From: an uncultured Candidatus Saccharibacteria bacterium
GTDB taxonomy: Bacteria; Patescibacteriota; CAZHWT01
NCBI GenBank assembly: GCA_964597145.1
Contig: CAZQWH010000004.1
Location: forward strand, 195-64,194
DNA length: 64,000 bases
Direction of reading: 5' to 3'
Part shown: positions 39,267 through 49,032 of the stretch, in pieces
Position numbering within the stretch: position 1 is the first letter of the stretch
Layout: each line of letters starts with the position of its first letter
Notes under the pieces: generated by a model
What the model was told of the DNA's origin: nothing
The model's database searches: none
What the model saw: the letters and a program-made list of their open reading frames with translations, nothing else
Made by a program: the position numbers and the translations under genes

Positions 39267-39702
39267 AAGCTTGCCCAACCTCACCCCAAATCAATGGTGT
39301 AATCGACAGGCTAGCCGTAACTAATCGTAATACTCGGCAACGCAGTTGGTGCAGTTGGAGTTCTTATCCCCAGATTGCCTTGGTAAAGTTCCATTAGCAG
39401 CTTAGGGCTCTAGGTTTTAATACAAGTCTGCATAGCCAACATGGCAACATGTATAAGGAACTTGTCAAGAATTGAAGGACTAGTTATCCATACAGCACTC
39501 TGTGTAGCCATTACTACAGTGCTGTACACATCTGTATGTAACGACACAATCAGGTCCAGCGCGGGGGCCAACTTCACAATCTCAGGTATAAAGCTAAAAG
39601 TTGGGCCGTTTGGGATGACAAAAATGTTAACCAGGTTTTAACCAGCTAATAGACGCGAACTCGTTTTAAGACAGGTCAGTATGGTACGAGCATGCATCTT
39701 AT

Positions 39703-39732
39703 CTCTCCAGTATTGCAACACTGTAACTAACT
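39703..39732 (+). promoter_or_regulatory. promoter candidate TTGCAA-N18-TGgTATACT (extended -10) for rplS
   Basis: -35 39703-39708, TG 39724-39725, -10 39727-39732; about 65-nt leader containing GACTCG-atgtaaaac-CGAGTC hairpin. Confidence 0.5.
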
Positions 39733-39802
39733 ATGGTATACTCCTGTGGTTGTATTTACGACTCGATGTAAAACCGAGTCATCCCCTAGGAATTTTATAC
39801 GT

Positions 39803-40456
39803 ATGGCAGACGAAAAAGATTTAAAAACAACTGGACAAGACGAAGTTAGCACCGCAGAAGAAGCGACTGCTGAGGCTCAAGAGGTCGAAGCGGTTGAGCA
39901 GATTACTGAAGAAGTAACAGCCGATGCAACCGAAACTGAGATAGCCGAGGCCGAAGATCGGGTTGGTCTAGCCGAAGATGCTACTCCAGCTAAAGCGAGC
40001 CGTGTAATTCCCGATTTTCGTGCTGGAGATGTACTACGTTTAGGAGTACGCATCCAAGAGGGTGAAAAAATCCGGACACAGTTTTTTGAAGGCATAGTGC
40101 TAGGCCGTAAAGGAGCTGGGGTTAACCAGACCTTTACTATTCGCAAGATTGGGGCCGGCGGTATAGCTGTGGAGCGAATCTTCCCGCTTTACTCGCCCTC
40201 CTTAGTCTCGTTCGAAGTCCGACGCCGAGGCATTGTTCGTCGAGCCAAAGTTTACTTCCTTCGCGATATTGTTGGTTCAACCGCCAACGTAATTAAAGAG
40301 CGTAAGGTAGTGCGCGATCGAACCGAAGCTAAGGCGGTCAAGGCCGAGAAAAAGGCTGCGCGTGTAGCTCGTAAGGCTGAAACTGCCCCCAAAGCTACAA
40401 AAACTAAGAAAGCCACCCGATCAGCGAAACGCTCGGCTAAAAAGTCGGACAAATAA
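39803..40456 (+). CDS. rplS: 50S ribosomal protein L19 with long acidic N-terminal and lysine-rich C-terminal extensions
   Basis: Core RVIPDFRAGDVLRLGVRIQEGEKIRTQFFEGIVLGRKGAGVNQTFTIRKI...GIAVERIFPLYSP matches L19; about 70 aa acidic N-extension and about 50 aa K/A-rich tail. Confidence 0.8.
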   Translation: MADEKDLKTTGQDEVSTAEEATAEAQEVEAVEQITEEVTADATETEIAEAEDRVGLAEDATPAKASRVIPDFRAGDVLRLGVRIQEGEKIRTQFFEGIVLGRKGAGVNQTFTIRKIGAGGIAVERIFPLYSPSLVSFEVRRRGIVRRAKVYFLRDIVGSTANVIKERKVVRDRTEAKAVKAEKKAARVARKAETAPKATKTKKATRSAKRSAKKSDK

Positions 40457-40465
40457 GCAATCAGT

Positions 40466-40831
40466 ATGAATCGAATTAGTAGCGGCCGCTTTGGTGAAGA
40501 CCAGGCGGCTGCTTTGGTAATTGGTAAAGGGTACACCATCTTAGAAAGAAACTACCGCTCTGGTCGATGGGGAGAAATTGATCTAATTTGCCAGGAGGGT
40601 GGCGATTTAGTTTTTGTAGAAGTGAAAACAAGAAGAAGTGCAAATTATGGACAGCCCGTAGAGGCGGTATCTTGGGGCAAGCGGCAACGGTTAATGCGAG
40701 CCGCCCAGCAATATAAATTGACTCACCCCACAACCCCAGACAGTATGCGGTTCGATGTAGTGGCAGTAACCCTAAATGAAGCAAAAACAGTTAAGGAAAT
40801 TAAACTATATCGGAATATAGACCACGGGTGA
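40466..40831 (+). CDS. YraN family (UPF0102) putative endonuclease
   Basis: GEDQAA.L...GY.IL.RN.R...GEIDLI...G.L.FVEVKTRRS restriction-endonuclease-like fold motif. Confidence 0.7.
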   Translation: MNRISSGRFGEDQAAALVIGKGYTILERNYRSGRWGEIDLICQEGGDLVFVEVKTRRSANYGQPVEAVSWGKRQRLMRAAQQYKLTHPTTPDSMRFDVVAVTLNEAKTVKEIKLYRNIDHG

Positions 40832-40908
40832 GCTCTGGTACGGTACTCATATAACAACTCAATTCGTACGTGCGCAGGAATGACTAAAAGGGAGAGTATA
40901 ATAAAGTC

Positions 40909-41193
40909 ATGGATAAAATCTCTAAAATCATTCCCGGGCGAGTTGACCCCGAAGAACAGCAGCGATATATAACTCAAGAGTTCCAGGACTATGGCTATCG
41001 TCTAGCTTGCGAGATGGGCGAAGAATCGCGTAAAGCGATGTATATTAAATTGGCTAAAACCAAACCTCGTTTTCTCTTAGAACAAGCCCGTAGCTACGTA
41101 ACCGACTACCCCAATGCCAAGAACAAAGGTAAGCTATTTTTGTGGAAGATAAAGGACTTAGAAACTAAGGCTAAAGCCAAAGAAGCGTCTTAA
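40909..41193 (+). CDS. hypothetical protein (94 aa)
   Basis: Clean ORF, charged; no family recognised. Confidence 0.3.
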   Translation: MDKISKIIPGRVDPEEQQRYITQEFQDYGYRLACEMGEESRKAMYIKLAKTKPRFLLEQARSYVTDYPNAKNKGKLFLWKIKDLETKAKAKEAS

Positions 41194-41307
41194 TAATATA
41201 TTCAGTGTGTTACCAGATTGGATCTGATGTGGTATTATATGCCCTGCACCAGCCAAAACGATATACAATATACTAAATACCGTATCCTGCGAAGCTATGC
41301 TTCGCAA

Positions 41308-41324
41308 GGCCCATAGCTCAGTGG
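41308..41324 (+). repeat. 17-nt duplicate of tRNA-Lys 5' end (pseudo-tRNA fragment)
   Basis: ggcccatagctcagtgg identical to 41428-41444; downstream degenerate match (gggagtcgcgac vs ggagtgcgtcgc) but no complete cloverleaf. Confidence 0.5.
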
Positions 41325-41426
41325 CAACGGCACGGCTGGACTAATAATTAATTCCGTTTCCCCAAAGGGAGTCGCGACACAAATTGTAGACTAAGATAAA
41401 GTAAGTTGATAACTAAAATTTAATCC

Positions 41427-41501
41427 GGGCCCATAGCTCAGTGGTAGAGCGACTCCCTTTTAAGGAGTGCGTCGCAGGTTCAAGTCCTGCTGGGCTCACC
41501 A
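41427..41501 (+). tRNA. tRNA-Lys (anticodon TTT)
   Basis: Acceptor GGGCCCA/TGGGCTC (one G-U), D-arm GCTC-AGTGGTA-GAGC, anticodon stem ACTCC/GGAGT loop CTTTTAA, T-loop TTCAAGT, encoded CCA; followed by hairpin. Confidence 0.85.
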
Positions 41502-41588
41502 AGTTAAACTTGGTGACAATCGAGTTAAACTCGATCACCAAAAACCATTTTTCTAGCCTTTCAAGTATCACTGCCCTAATGGGCAGGC

Positions 41589-41861
41589 ATGTACTACGTT
41601 TATATTTTATTCTCACAACTAGATCGTCAATTGTATACTGGATTTACGCCAGATTTACGCTCTCGTTTAAATGCGCACAAGAACGGATACGTGCGCTCCA
41701 CAAAGCATCGACGACCACTAATTCTAATACATTATGAAGCATATACCAATGAATCAGATGCAAAAATGCATGAGAAGTACTTAAAGAGTGGGAAGGGACG
41801 AGGTGAGTTAAAAATACAGCTTAAACGAACCTTTGTTGAGGTTGGCTATAAAAACTTATGA
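41589..41861 (+). CDS. GIY-YIG nuclease domain protein (YhbQ/UPF0213-like)
   Basis: MYYVYILFSQLDRQLYTGFTPDLRSRLNAHKNG matches GIY-YIG motif. Confidence 0.7.
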   Translation: MYYVYILFSQLDRQLYTGFTPDLRSRLNAHKNGYVRSTKHRRPLILIHYEAYTNESDAKMHEKYLKSGKGRGELKIQLKRTFVEVGYKNL

Positions 41862-42008
41862 GTACTGTTTTAGTCTAGGTGTACCGGCAATGCCTTCTTG
41901 CCAATTCACTAAAAGAGACTTTATTAAATTGTGTTTTTTATTACGGGAATAGTTAATTTTTCTACGCTCCCGGCCATTGAGCAAGTCCTAGATGTTGCAG
42001 AGAAGATT

Positions 42009-42626
42009 CTATTTCTCAACAACACGGCGATTGTCGCCATCTACGATGTAGGCTTGTGAGTTTTTAAGCTCAATCAGGTTGGGGTAAAGGCTTTGCATGT
42101 GACTTAGTGCATCGGCATACTTTACTTCGTCTGCATGTGGCCATATCATTTCGTCGATTAGACCAAGACCATCCCATATGATTTCAGATGCAAGTTCACT
42201 ATTATCAGCCACCTCCGATCCACGCAGCGTGGGTCCAGCAACAAGCAAACCTGCACTTTCGCCGCCATATACGATTCCTTCTTTCAACAGGTCTGTAATA
42301 ATTGACTCAAATCCACTGCGACGCATTTCATACCTCAACATGAAAGAATTACCACCATTCACCCAGATCAGGTCATAGTCGCTTAGAACCGTTTTAAGCT
42401 CTTCAGCAATGCTGTATTGCCGTAAATCAACTACATCAACAAGTGTAATGCTTATGCTCGAGAAGAAGTCTACGGCTTCTTGAGTTTTTAAGCTCCGAAT
42501 GCGATCAATATACGCATCCTTCGAATTAGGGATTAATGCTACTTTGATATCAATTGCCTGCTTGCCTATTAAATTGAAGAGATCCTCTGGTGTGGGAACA
42601 CGGTATGAAGATAAATAAAGTTTCAT
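42009..42626 (-). CDS. peptidase S51 family (dipeptidase E/cyanophycinase-like)
   Basis: VNGGNSFMLRYEMR and YGGESAGLLVAGP (catalytic Ser region) typical of S51. Confidence 0.65.
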   Translation of the reverse strand: MKLYLSSYRVPTPEDLFNLIGKQAIDIKVALIPNSKDAYIDRIRSLKTQEAVDFFSSISITLVDVVDLRQYSIAEELKTVLSDYDLIWVNGGNSFMLRYEMRRSGFESIITDLLKEGIVYGGESAGLLVAGPTLRGSEVADNSELASEIIWDGLGLIDEMIWPHADEVKYADALSHMQSLYPNLIELKNSQAYIVDGDNRRVVEK

Positions 42627-42939
42627 GGCTTAACAATAGCATACACTAACAATGGGGCCTCTAAATCACTCTAGCTATGCCTGATTTGAACTAGATATTA
42701 TTCCAAGACAGTATTAATATCCGAACTTTGAAGCCATCCTTGTAATCCACTCTAACAATGGTTCGAACATAGCATCACCAGGCTCACCATAAAACCCTCA
42801 AGTCTTTGGACTTGGGGGTTTTATGTTATGCCTACCTCCGGAATCTCACCTCGCACAGCCGGTTACTGCTGGACTCACCCTTGCACTAAAGATACTCTTT
42901 CCTACACCTATGGCTATTCCAATTTATCCTTGTTAGTAT

Positions 42940-43956
42940 GTGGTTATGAAAATTAAGATTGATGAGCTTAGGGAAAAAGTTGCTGACTATTTATTAACAG
43001 GCGGGCTAAGTCAAAAGGATGCTAGCACGTTGACCGAACTTGTGATAGAGCAAGAGCTTGTGGGGAACCAGTTTAGTCCAGTTGGAGAGCTGGCCGGTAA
43101 ATATGCTAGATTATTCGAGGAATTGAATAGCAATGAGGAAGAGATTGTCGCAACCAAGCCCGCTCTAAAGCTTATTAAGGGCAATGGTAGACTTGCACCA
43201 ATAATTACTGCTGATTACCTTGACGAAGTGATTAATACTGCCAAGCAACAAGGTATTTATGCACTTGGCATTTACGATAGCACTTATAACGATTTCTTCG
43301 ATGTGTTTTGCAGGCGCGTTGCAGCAAAGGACTGCATAGCGATTATGGTTGAGAATGGTGGACCACAAGGAGTAACGCCATTCGGTGGTAAGACAGAGGT
43401 TACAGGGACTAACCCGATCGCCTATGGCATACCCACCAATAAGTACCCAATCGTTTTTGATGCAGCTACCGCAATGCACGCCTATGGCAGGATTAAGCAA
43501 GCAAAGGAGAAGGGTGAAAAGCTACCAGACAATGCCTATGTTGATAAAGAGGGTAATATCACGACAGACCCAGCAATAGCATGTGCCGTCCTGCCCTTTG
43601 GCGGTTTTAAGGGCTTTGGGATTAATCTACTTATCGATGTGCTTAGTGGAAGTTTGGTACGCGGAAAAAGCGGACTAGACCAACCATTAGACTCACAACG
43701 TTACATTGGTACGCTTATCATTATTATTGATCCAGCAGCTTTTGGCGAAATAACAGACTTTAAGCTGTCCACAACCAAACTTGTGGAGGATATACTGGCT
43801 GTCGAGCCGATAAATCCAGGCGAACCAGTGAAGGTCCCTGGCTATCGTGGGGCAGAAAGACGGGTTAGATTTATTGAGGCCGGTGTTATAGAAATTGACG
43901 ACGAGGAATGGAAGAAGTTCTCAACCGCGTCTAACAAGCAAAAGTCTGGTCGCTAG
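42940..43956 (+). CDS. Ldh_2 family malate/L-lactate/L-sulfolactate dehydrogenase-like oxidoreductase
   Basis: EVTGTNPIAYGIPT and FGGFKGFGINLLID motifs of Ldh_2 family. Confidence 0.7.
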   Translation: MVMKIKIDELREKVADYLLTGGLSQKDASTLTELVIEQELVGNQFSPVGELAGKYARLFEELNSNEEEIVATKPALKLIKGNGRLAPIITADYLDEVINTAKQQGIYALGIYDSTYNDFFDVFCRRVAAKDCIAIMVENGGPQGVTPFGGKTEVTGTNPIAYGIPTNKYPIVFDAATAMHAYGRIKQAKEKGEKLPDNAYVDKEGNITTDPAIACAVLPFGGFKGFGINLLIDVLSGSLVRGKSGLDQPLDSQRYIGTLIIIIDPAAFGEITDFKLSTTKLVEDILAVEPINPGEPVKVPGYRGAERRVRFIEAGVIEIDDEEWKKFSTASNKQKSGR

Positions 43957-44564
43957 CCCTTCGTATTATTCAACAATCTTACATAATAGATTTGCAGGGA
44001 CTGCCCTTAACACCTCGGGAGTGTTAATCTCTGTACACCATTCATTAACCCGAGCCAACTTTAATGTCCGGTGGCTCCGCCATCACCGTCTTGCAGTCAG
44101 TGGGCTATACTCTAATACCCAACGCACACTGTCTCTTTTCATAATTATCTGAGATATTTGATACATGTTACGTAACAAATAGGATAGTATGAGAAGTACA
44201 AAAATACACGAGAAAAGTCACTTGTGTCAGACAGTATAGCTTAACCGCCGGCAGCTCAGCTGAAAAGGTGGATAAATTTTGTATCAAGCAACGGCAAAAG
44301 CGGCTACTACTGGTGCATAGCCGATTCGGGTGGTGATGCCTTCTGGCAACATATCGGTTGACCATAGAGGTCTTTGGCCTTCCGATTGTTGCGCTAATAG
44401 ACACTATGGTGAGCCTACGCCATAGCACTAAATCCTCATCATATAGATAATTCTTCTTAGAAAATTGCCTCGCCTATCTTTTAGTATCAAATAAAACGGA
44501 ATTTTGGTTATACCAATTTTGGTTGAATATTAGGCGATAGCCTAGTCTCAAAACAAGTAACAAC

Positions 44565-44918
44565 TTATGACTTGCGCAAAATAGTCTCTAGCGTCTTACC
44601 TCTAGCTAGCTCATCAATCAGTAAGTCAAGGTAGCGAATTTCCTGCATAGTTGGTTCTGTAATCTCTTCTACCCTCACGCCACAAATTGCGCCCTTAATC
44701 AAAGTTCGCCTCGGGTTTAATTGAGGAGCTTCAGCAAAGAACGTTTCAAAATCTACCTGCTTTTTTAACTGGGACTGCAGCCCCTCCTGGTTGTATCCAG
44801 TCAACCAATAAATAATCTCATCAACCTCAGCCTGGGAGCGGCCCTTTCTCTCCGCCTTAGCAACATAAAGGGGATAGACGCTGGCGAAACTCATTGTATA
44901 AATTCGATGTTTAGTCAT
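44565..44918 (-). CDS. small conserved hypothetical (DUF2200-like)
   Basis: [42 protein letters not shown] resembles DUF2200 family by recollection. Confidence 0.4.
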   Translation of the reverse strand: MTKHRIYTMSFASVYPLYVAKAERKGRSQAEVDEIIYWLTGYNQEGLQSQLKKQVDFETFFAEAPQLNPRRTLIKGAICGVRVEEITEPTMQEIRYLDLLIDELARGKTLETILRKS

Positions 44919-44981
44919 AATAATTTTCTCCTATTCTGCTTTCATCATATAAACCCTAAGCCACAACATTGGTACAGACGA

Positions 44982-46463
44982 TCAATCTTTGGCTAGTGGC
45001 AGGGAAATATAAAAAGTAGAACCCTGACCTTTTTTGCTTTCCACCCATATTTTCCCTTGGTGCTGCTTCACAATTTCAGCTGAGAAATATAAACCCAAGC
45101 CTAAGCCGGGATAAATTTTACCATCCTTTTGTCGCTCTTGATAGAAACGGTTAAATATTTTATGTCGGTCTGGTGAAGCAATGCCAATGCCAAAATCTTG
45201 GATGCTAATTTGAGCCGAGCCGTTCAACACCCGGAGTTCTATAAACACTGGAGTGTGTTCTAATGAGTACTTAATTGCATTGGCAACCAAATTAGTAACG
45301 ACTTGGGTCAATCGGGCTTTATCGCCCAAGATTGGCGCAGAGTCTACATGTTTAACCACAAGCTCTCGAGGGGGATGGGAATTTTTAACATCTTGAACGA
45401 CCTCACCAATAACATCAACCACATTAATTACCTCAGACTGTAGCTGCTCCTTATTGAGCTGGAGCGTTGCCAATTCCATCATGTTATTAATAATGGTGTG
45501 AATTTTTTGGGTTTGATTATCAATTTTTTGCAATTCTTCGATAGGATTATATTGTGGATTAGTGGCGTATTGCTTGAGCAACAACTGGGTATACATTTTA
45601 AGGCTGGTTATGGGAGTCTTTAACTCATGGCTAACAAAGCTCAGAAAGTCATCCTTGCGTTGGAGCAGCTCCTTCTCGGCGGTAATATCATCAATAATCA
45701 CCACACCAGAAACTAGTTGCTGTTTGTTGTTATATATGGGAGTCCCTTTCACTTGGAGTGTGATCAGGTTGTTCTTATTGGCCCGGTACGTGTATTCTTC
45801 ATTAACCAACGTTTCTTCGTTGTGGATAATCCGACGGAGTGGCCATAACTGTTGAGGTAGTGGATGGCCATGCTCATTTAGCAGAGAGTTTTTGGGATAA
45901 TCGTCAAGATTAACATACTTTGTAACATGGTGGCCCACCAACTGGTTTAGGTGGCGGTTACTAAAAATCAACTCGCCCGAAGGCGCTTTGGCAATTACCA
46001 CCCCAACGGGCATTTCTTCTAAAATCTTCTCCAATTGCAACCGACCTTCTACAGCTTCCTGTCGCGCTTGTCTCTCCTGCTGGATTAAATGGTTAATCCG
46101 ATCGCGTAAATAGCCAATAATAATGGCTGGCATAAAAAACAATAAGGCCAACACCCATTCACCGTTTAAAATGTTATTGAGTGGCACTATAGTGCGCCCT
46201 GGGCCGCTAAAAGCGTAGATAAGGTAAACGTTAGATATGACCGCCGCCAATATAGCTGGCCACATGCCATAGCGGAAGGCACTATAAACAACCGCAAATA
46301 ATAAAACAAACCCCAAGGTCAACCTAATAATCTCTGGCTCAACACCAACCAAATGCATCATCTCGTAGACGATGAGGATGCTTGTTAGGATCACTATAGT
46401 TGTCAAAAAGCTAAATGATCGGTAACGGGACGTAGGCGGAGCCGATAAAGTGAGCTTAATCAT
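44982..46463 (-). CDS. sensor histidine kinase (TM sensor + PAS-like + HisKA + HATPase_c)
   Basis: H-box FLSFVSHELKTPITSL, N/G1/G2 boxes (VVTNLVANAIKYS, IQDFGIGI, GLGLGLYF); 4-5 N-terminal TM helices; no response regulator in window. Confidence 0.85.
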   Translation of the reverse strand: MIKLTLSAPPTSRYRSFSFLTTIVILTSILIVYEMMHLVGVEPEIIRLTLGFVLLFAVVYSAFRYGMWPAILAAVISNVYLIYAFSGPGRTIVPLNNILNGEWVLALLFFMPAIIIGYLRDRINHLIQQERQARQEAVEGRLQLEKILEEMPVGVVIAKAPSGELIFSNRHLNQLVGHHVTKYVNLDDYPKNSLLNEHGHPLPQQLWPLRRIIHNEETLVNEEYTYRANKNNLITLQVKGTPIYNNKQQLVSGVVIIDDITAEKELLQRKDDFLSFVSHELKTPITSLKMYTQLLLKQYATNPQYNPIEELQKIDNQTQKIHTIINNMMELATLQLNKEQLQSEVINVVDVIGEVVQDVKNSHPPRELVVKHVDSAPILGDKARLTQVVTNLVANAIKYSLEHTPVFIELRVLNGSAQISIQDFGIGIASPDRHKIFNRFYQERQKDGKIYPGLGLGLYFSAEIVKQHQGKIWVESKKGQGSTFYISLPLAKD

Positions 46464-46828
46464 AACGAGAATGGTTCATCCAACTACCATAAGTATTGCC
46501 ATAGTAATTGATATCATACCATATAGGTTTTATGACAATGGACTAGGCAAAAATTGTATCAAATATCTGCCGCCCTCCTAATTGAGTCAGAAGCGGGCTC
46601 CACGTCTCGTATTGTAAACCCACCACAACTTGGCAGAAGAGATAAATGAGGGCAAATCAAGCAGGCACTTTATGATGGGCAAGTAGTCGGATCTAACCTC
46701 TAAAAATACAGACAACCGTTCAAATAACAGACAAATGCAGCATACAAAGAAGACAAATTTTAATGGGCGCTTGGTGAATGCTGCGCACAGCTCGATGCCA
46801 GTTAGGCTTCCTGTGGTACTATACGAAT

Positions 46829-47470
46829 ATGTTGAAGCAGTTATTAAAATTACCGTTATGGGCCTGTATTGTTATAGTTCTGCTTGTGGGTGTAGTAGTA
46901 GCTCTATTATTTTCTTCACTCAACCCATGGAATCCGTTTAATTATTTGGGGCGACCACATCCAACTATCGACTTGAGCCGTGATGCAGTAATTCGAGAAA
47001 TAAGATCCTTAAACCAATTAGAAACCACCTCGTTTACGATTGAGAAGGTGATTGACGCAGGCAACGATGGCAATATTTTTCAAGATATCTTATATGGTGA
47101 TCGACTGCTCTTAATTGCCCATGGCCAAGTGCGGGCAGGAGTAGATTTGAGCCAAATTCGAGATACCGATGTACATGTATCAGCCGGAAAGCTAACTATT
47201 CAATTACCCCAAACTCGCATTTTATCCTCGGCATTAGATACAGAAAAAACCACAGTCTACGATCGTCGACAAGGTTTATTAAGTCGGGGAGATAAAGATT
47301 TAGAAACCCAAGCCAGGCAAGCTGCTGAGCAATCTATTCGCCAAGCCGCCTGTGATGGCAGTATTTTAGAACAGGCAGCCATTGACGCCCGCCAGCAGCT
47401 AACCCACATCTATGCCTTGGCCGGATTTAGCCAAGTTGAAATTCGAGTCCAACCTGGGCGGTGCCAATAG
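46829..47470 (+). CDS. DUF4230-like membrane-anchored protein
   Basis: N-terminal TM then conserved-looking region; extended -10 TGgTACTAT at 46814-46822 only 6 nt before ATG (leaderless). Confidence 0.45.
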   Translation: MLKQLLKLPLWACIVIVLLVGVVVALLFSSLNPWNPFNYLGRPHPTIDLSRDAVIREIRSLNQLETTSFTIEKVIDAGNDGNIFQDILYGDRLLLIAHGQVRAGVDLSQIRDTDVHVSAGKLTIQLPQTRILSSALDTEKTTVYDRRQGLLSRGDKDLETQARQAAEQSIRQAACDGSILEQAAIDARQQLTHIYALAGFSQVEIRVQPGRCQ

Positions 47471-47521
47471 GTACGTAAATAGCCGCGATTAATTAAGAAA
47501 TGATACAATATCCTCATCAGT

Positions 47522-48904
47522 ATGATTCCCTTGTCTGTCACCTTTCTCGTCGCTAAATTAATCCAAGTCACCGTAAAACAGCTAGGCAAGGGGGGTGGAA
47601 CGGCCTTGCCCGGATTAATTGCCTATCGGCTCAACCGAAAATTATTGCCTATTTTAGCCCAACAGCTAAGCGGTACCATCGTGGTGTCGGGTACTAACGG
47701 TAAAACAACCACTAGCCGGCTTATCGCTTCCTACTTAGAAGGCTCAGGGTATAAAATTGTTCATAATCGGTCTGGATCCAATTTAACCCGAGGTATCGTA
47801 TCTACCCTTATAGCCCATGCCAACTGGCATAAAAAAATTGACGCCCAATGGGGGTTGTTTGAGGTCGATGAGGCGGTTTTTGCCGAAGTCGTATCCCTCC
47901 TCAAGCCAAGATATGTTATTGCCAATAATTTATTTCGAGATCAATTAGACCGCTACGGTGAAATCAGCCTACTAGCGGCTAAATGGCGTCAAGCTTGCCA
48001 GGAACTCCCCGATTCAACCACCTTAATTATTAATGCCGATGATCCACTCATGGCCAGTTTAACCATTGAGACGCCGGCTAAGATAGTTGGGTATGGGTTA
48101 GCTGCCCAGTCTGGCAAGGCCAAGCAGGTTGAATTGTCCAGCCATGCCGATAGTCGACGTTGCCCTGTTTGTGGTGGGGCGCTAGTCTTTAGCTCGGTCA
48201 GCTATTCGCATCTTGGTCAGTACCAGTGTGCTAATCACGACTTTAAGCGACCGAAAGTGCAACTTGAGGTCTCAGATATTACCCTAAGAGGTATGGCGGG
48301 ATCCGATTTCACTATTGCTTGGGCAGATAAATCCACACAATTTACGTTTAGTTTGGCCGGACTATATAATATCTATAACGCCGCCGCCGCCCTTACGTTA
48401 GCTTTCGATCTAAAACTAGACCAAGAAGTATTAGAACATCGAACCAAGAATTTTGAAGCAGTCTTCGGACGGCTCGAAGAAGTCAAATTAGGCAACACCC
48501 TACTCACCTTAATTCTGGTTAAAAATCCAACTGGTTTTAACCAGGTGATTCAAACCTTAACCACCGAGCCAAATGCCGAATCATTTTGGTTACTATTAAA
48601 CGATCGGTTCGCTGATGGCCGCGATATATCGTGGATTTGGGATGTTGAGCTCGAGGCCTTGCGCAACCAGGCGAAACAGCTGGTTATTGGCGGCACTCGG
48701 GCCTACGATATGGCACTGCGGGCGAAGTATGCAGACTTTGCTCAAGAGAATCTGTGGGTCGCACCCTCTTTAGCCGATGGCTTGCGCACTATTAGTTCAT
48801 TAAAACAGGGTCATGTCTATTGTTTATGTACCTATACCGCCATGCTTGGCTTACGTCGTCAGCTGCAAAAACAAACTAAACTAAGCTCATACCACGCTGA
48901 TTAG
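47522..48904 (+). CDS. murT: lipid II isoglutaminyl synthase, Mur ligase-like subunit MurT
   Basis: Mur-ligase P-loop VVSGTNGKTTTSRLIASYL, Cys4 zinc ribbon (CPVCGG...YQCANH), DUF1727-like C-terminus; followed by gatD. Confidence 0.75.
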   Translation: MIPLSVTFLVAKLIQVTVKQLGKGGGTALPGLIAYRLNRKLLPILAQQLSGTIVVSGTNGKTTTSRLIASYLEGSGYKIVHNRSGSNLTRGIVSTLIAHANWHKKIDAQWGLFEVDEAVFAEVVSLLKPRYVIANNLFRDQLDRYGEISLLAAKWRQACQELPDSTTLIINADDPLMASLTIETPAKIVGYGLAAQSGKAKQVELSSHADSRRCPVCGGALVFSSVSYSHLGQYQCANHDFKRPKVQLEVSDITLRGMAGSDFTIAWADKSTQFTFSLAGLYNIYNAAAALTLAFDLKLDQEVLEHRTKNFEAVFGRLEEVKLGNTLLTLILVKNPTGFNQVIQTLTTEPNAESFWLLLNDRFADGRDISWIWDVELEALRNQAKQLVIGGTRAYDMALRAKYADFAQENLWVAPSLADGLRTISSLKQGHVYCLCTYTAMLGLRRQLQKQTKLSSYHAD

Positions 48905-49032
48905 GAGAAGAAAAGGCACAAGCTAAAAACCAGAAACTTGGATCCTCGATCAAGTCGAGGATGACACAACAAATATATGACTTTATTTATTCTGACAACT
49001 AAAACCTATAAACTACAACCTAAAAACTAACT

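Noticed and set aside
39441-39641. 66-aa ORF between dnaE and rplS
   Set aside because: No RBS and odd composition. The region contains an inverted repeat (acagcact...agtgctgt) and the rplS promoter, so it is probably non-coding.
43895-44428. ORFs 43895-44152 (plus) and 44168-44428 (minus) in the 600-bp convergent spacer
   Set aside because: No RBS, no recognisable motifs and Arg/Ser-rich translations. They are kept only as possible ncRNA or pseudogene territory (see findings).
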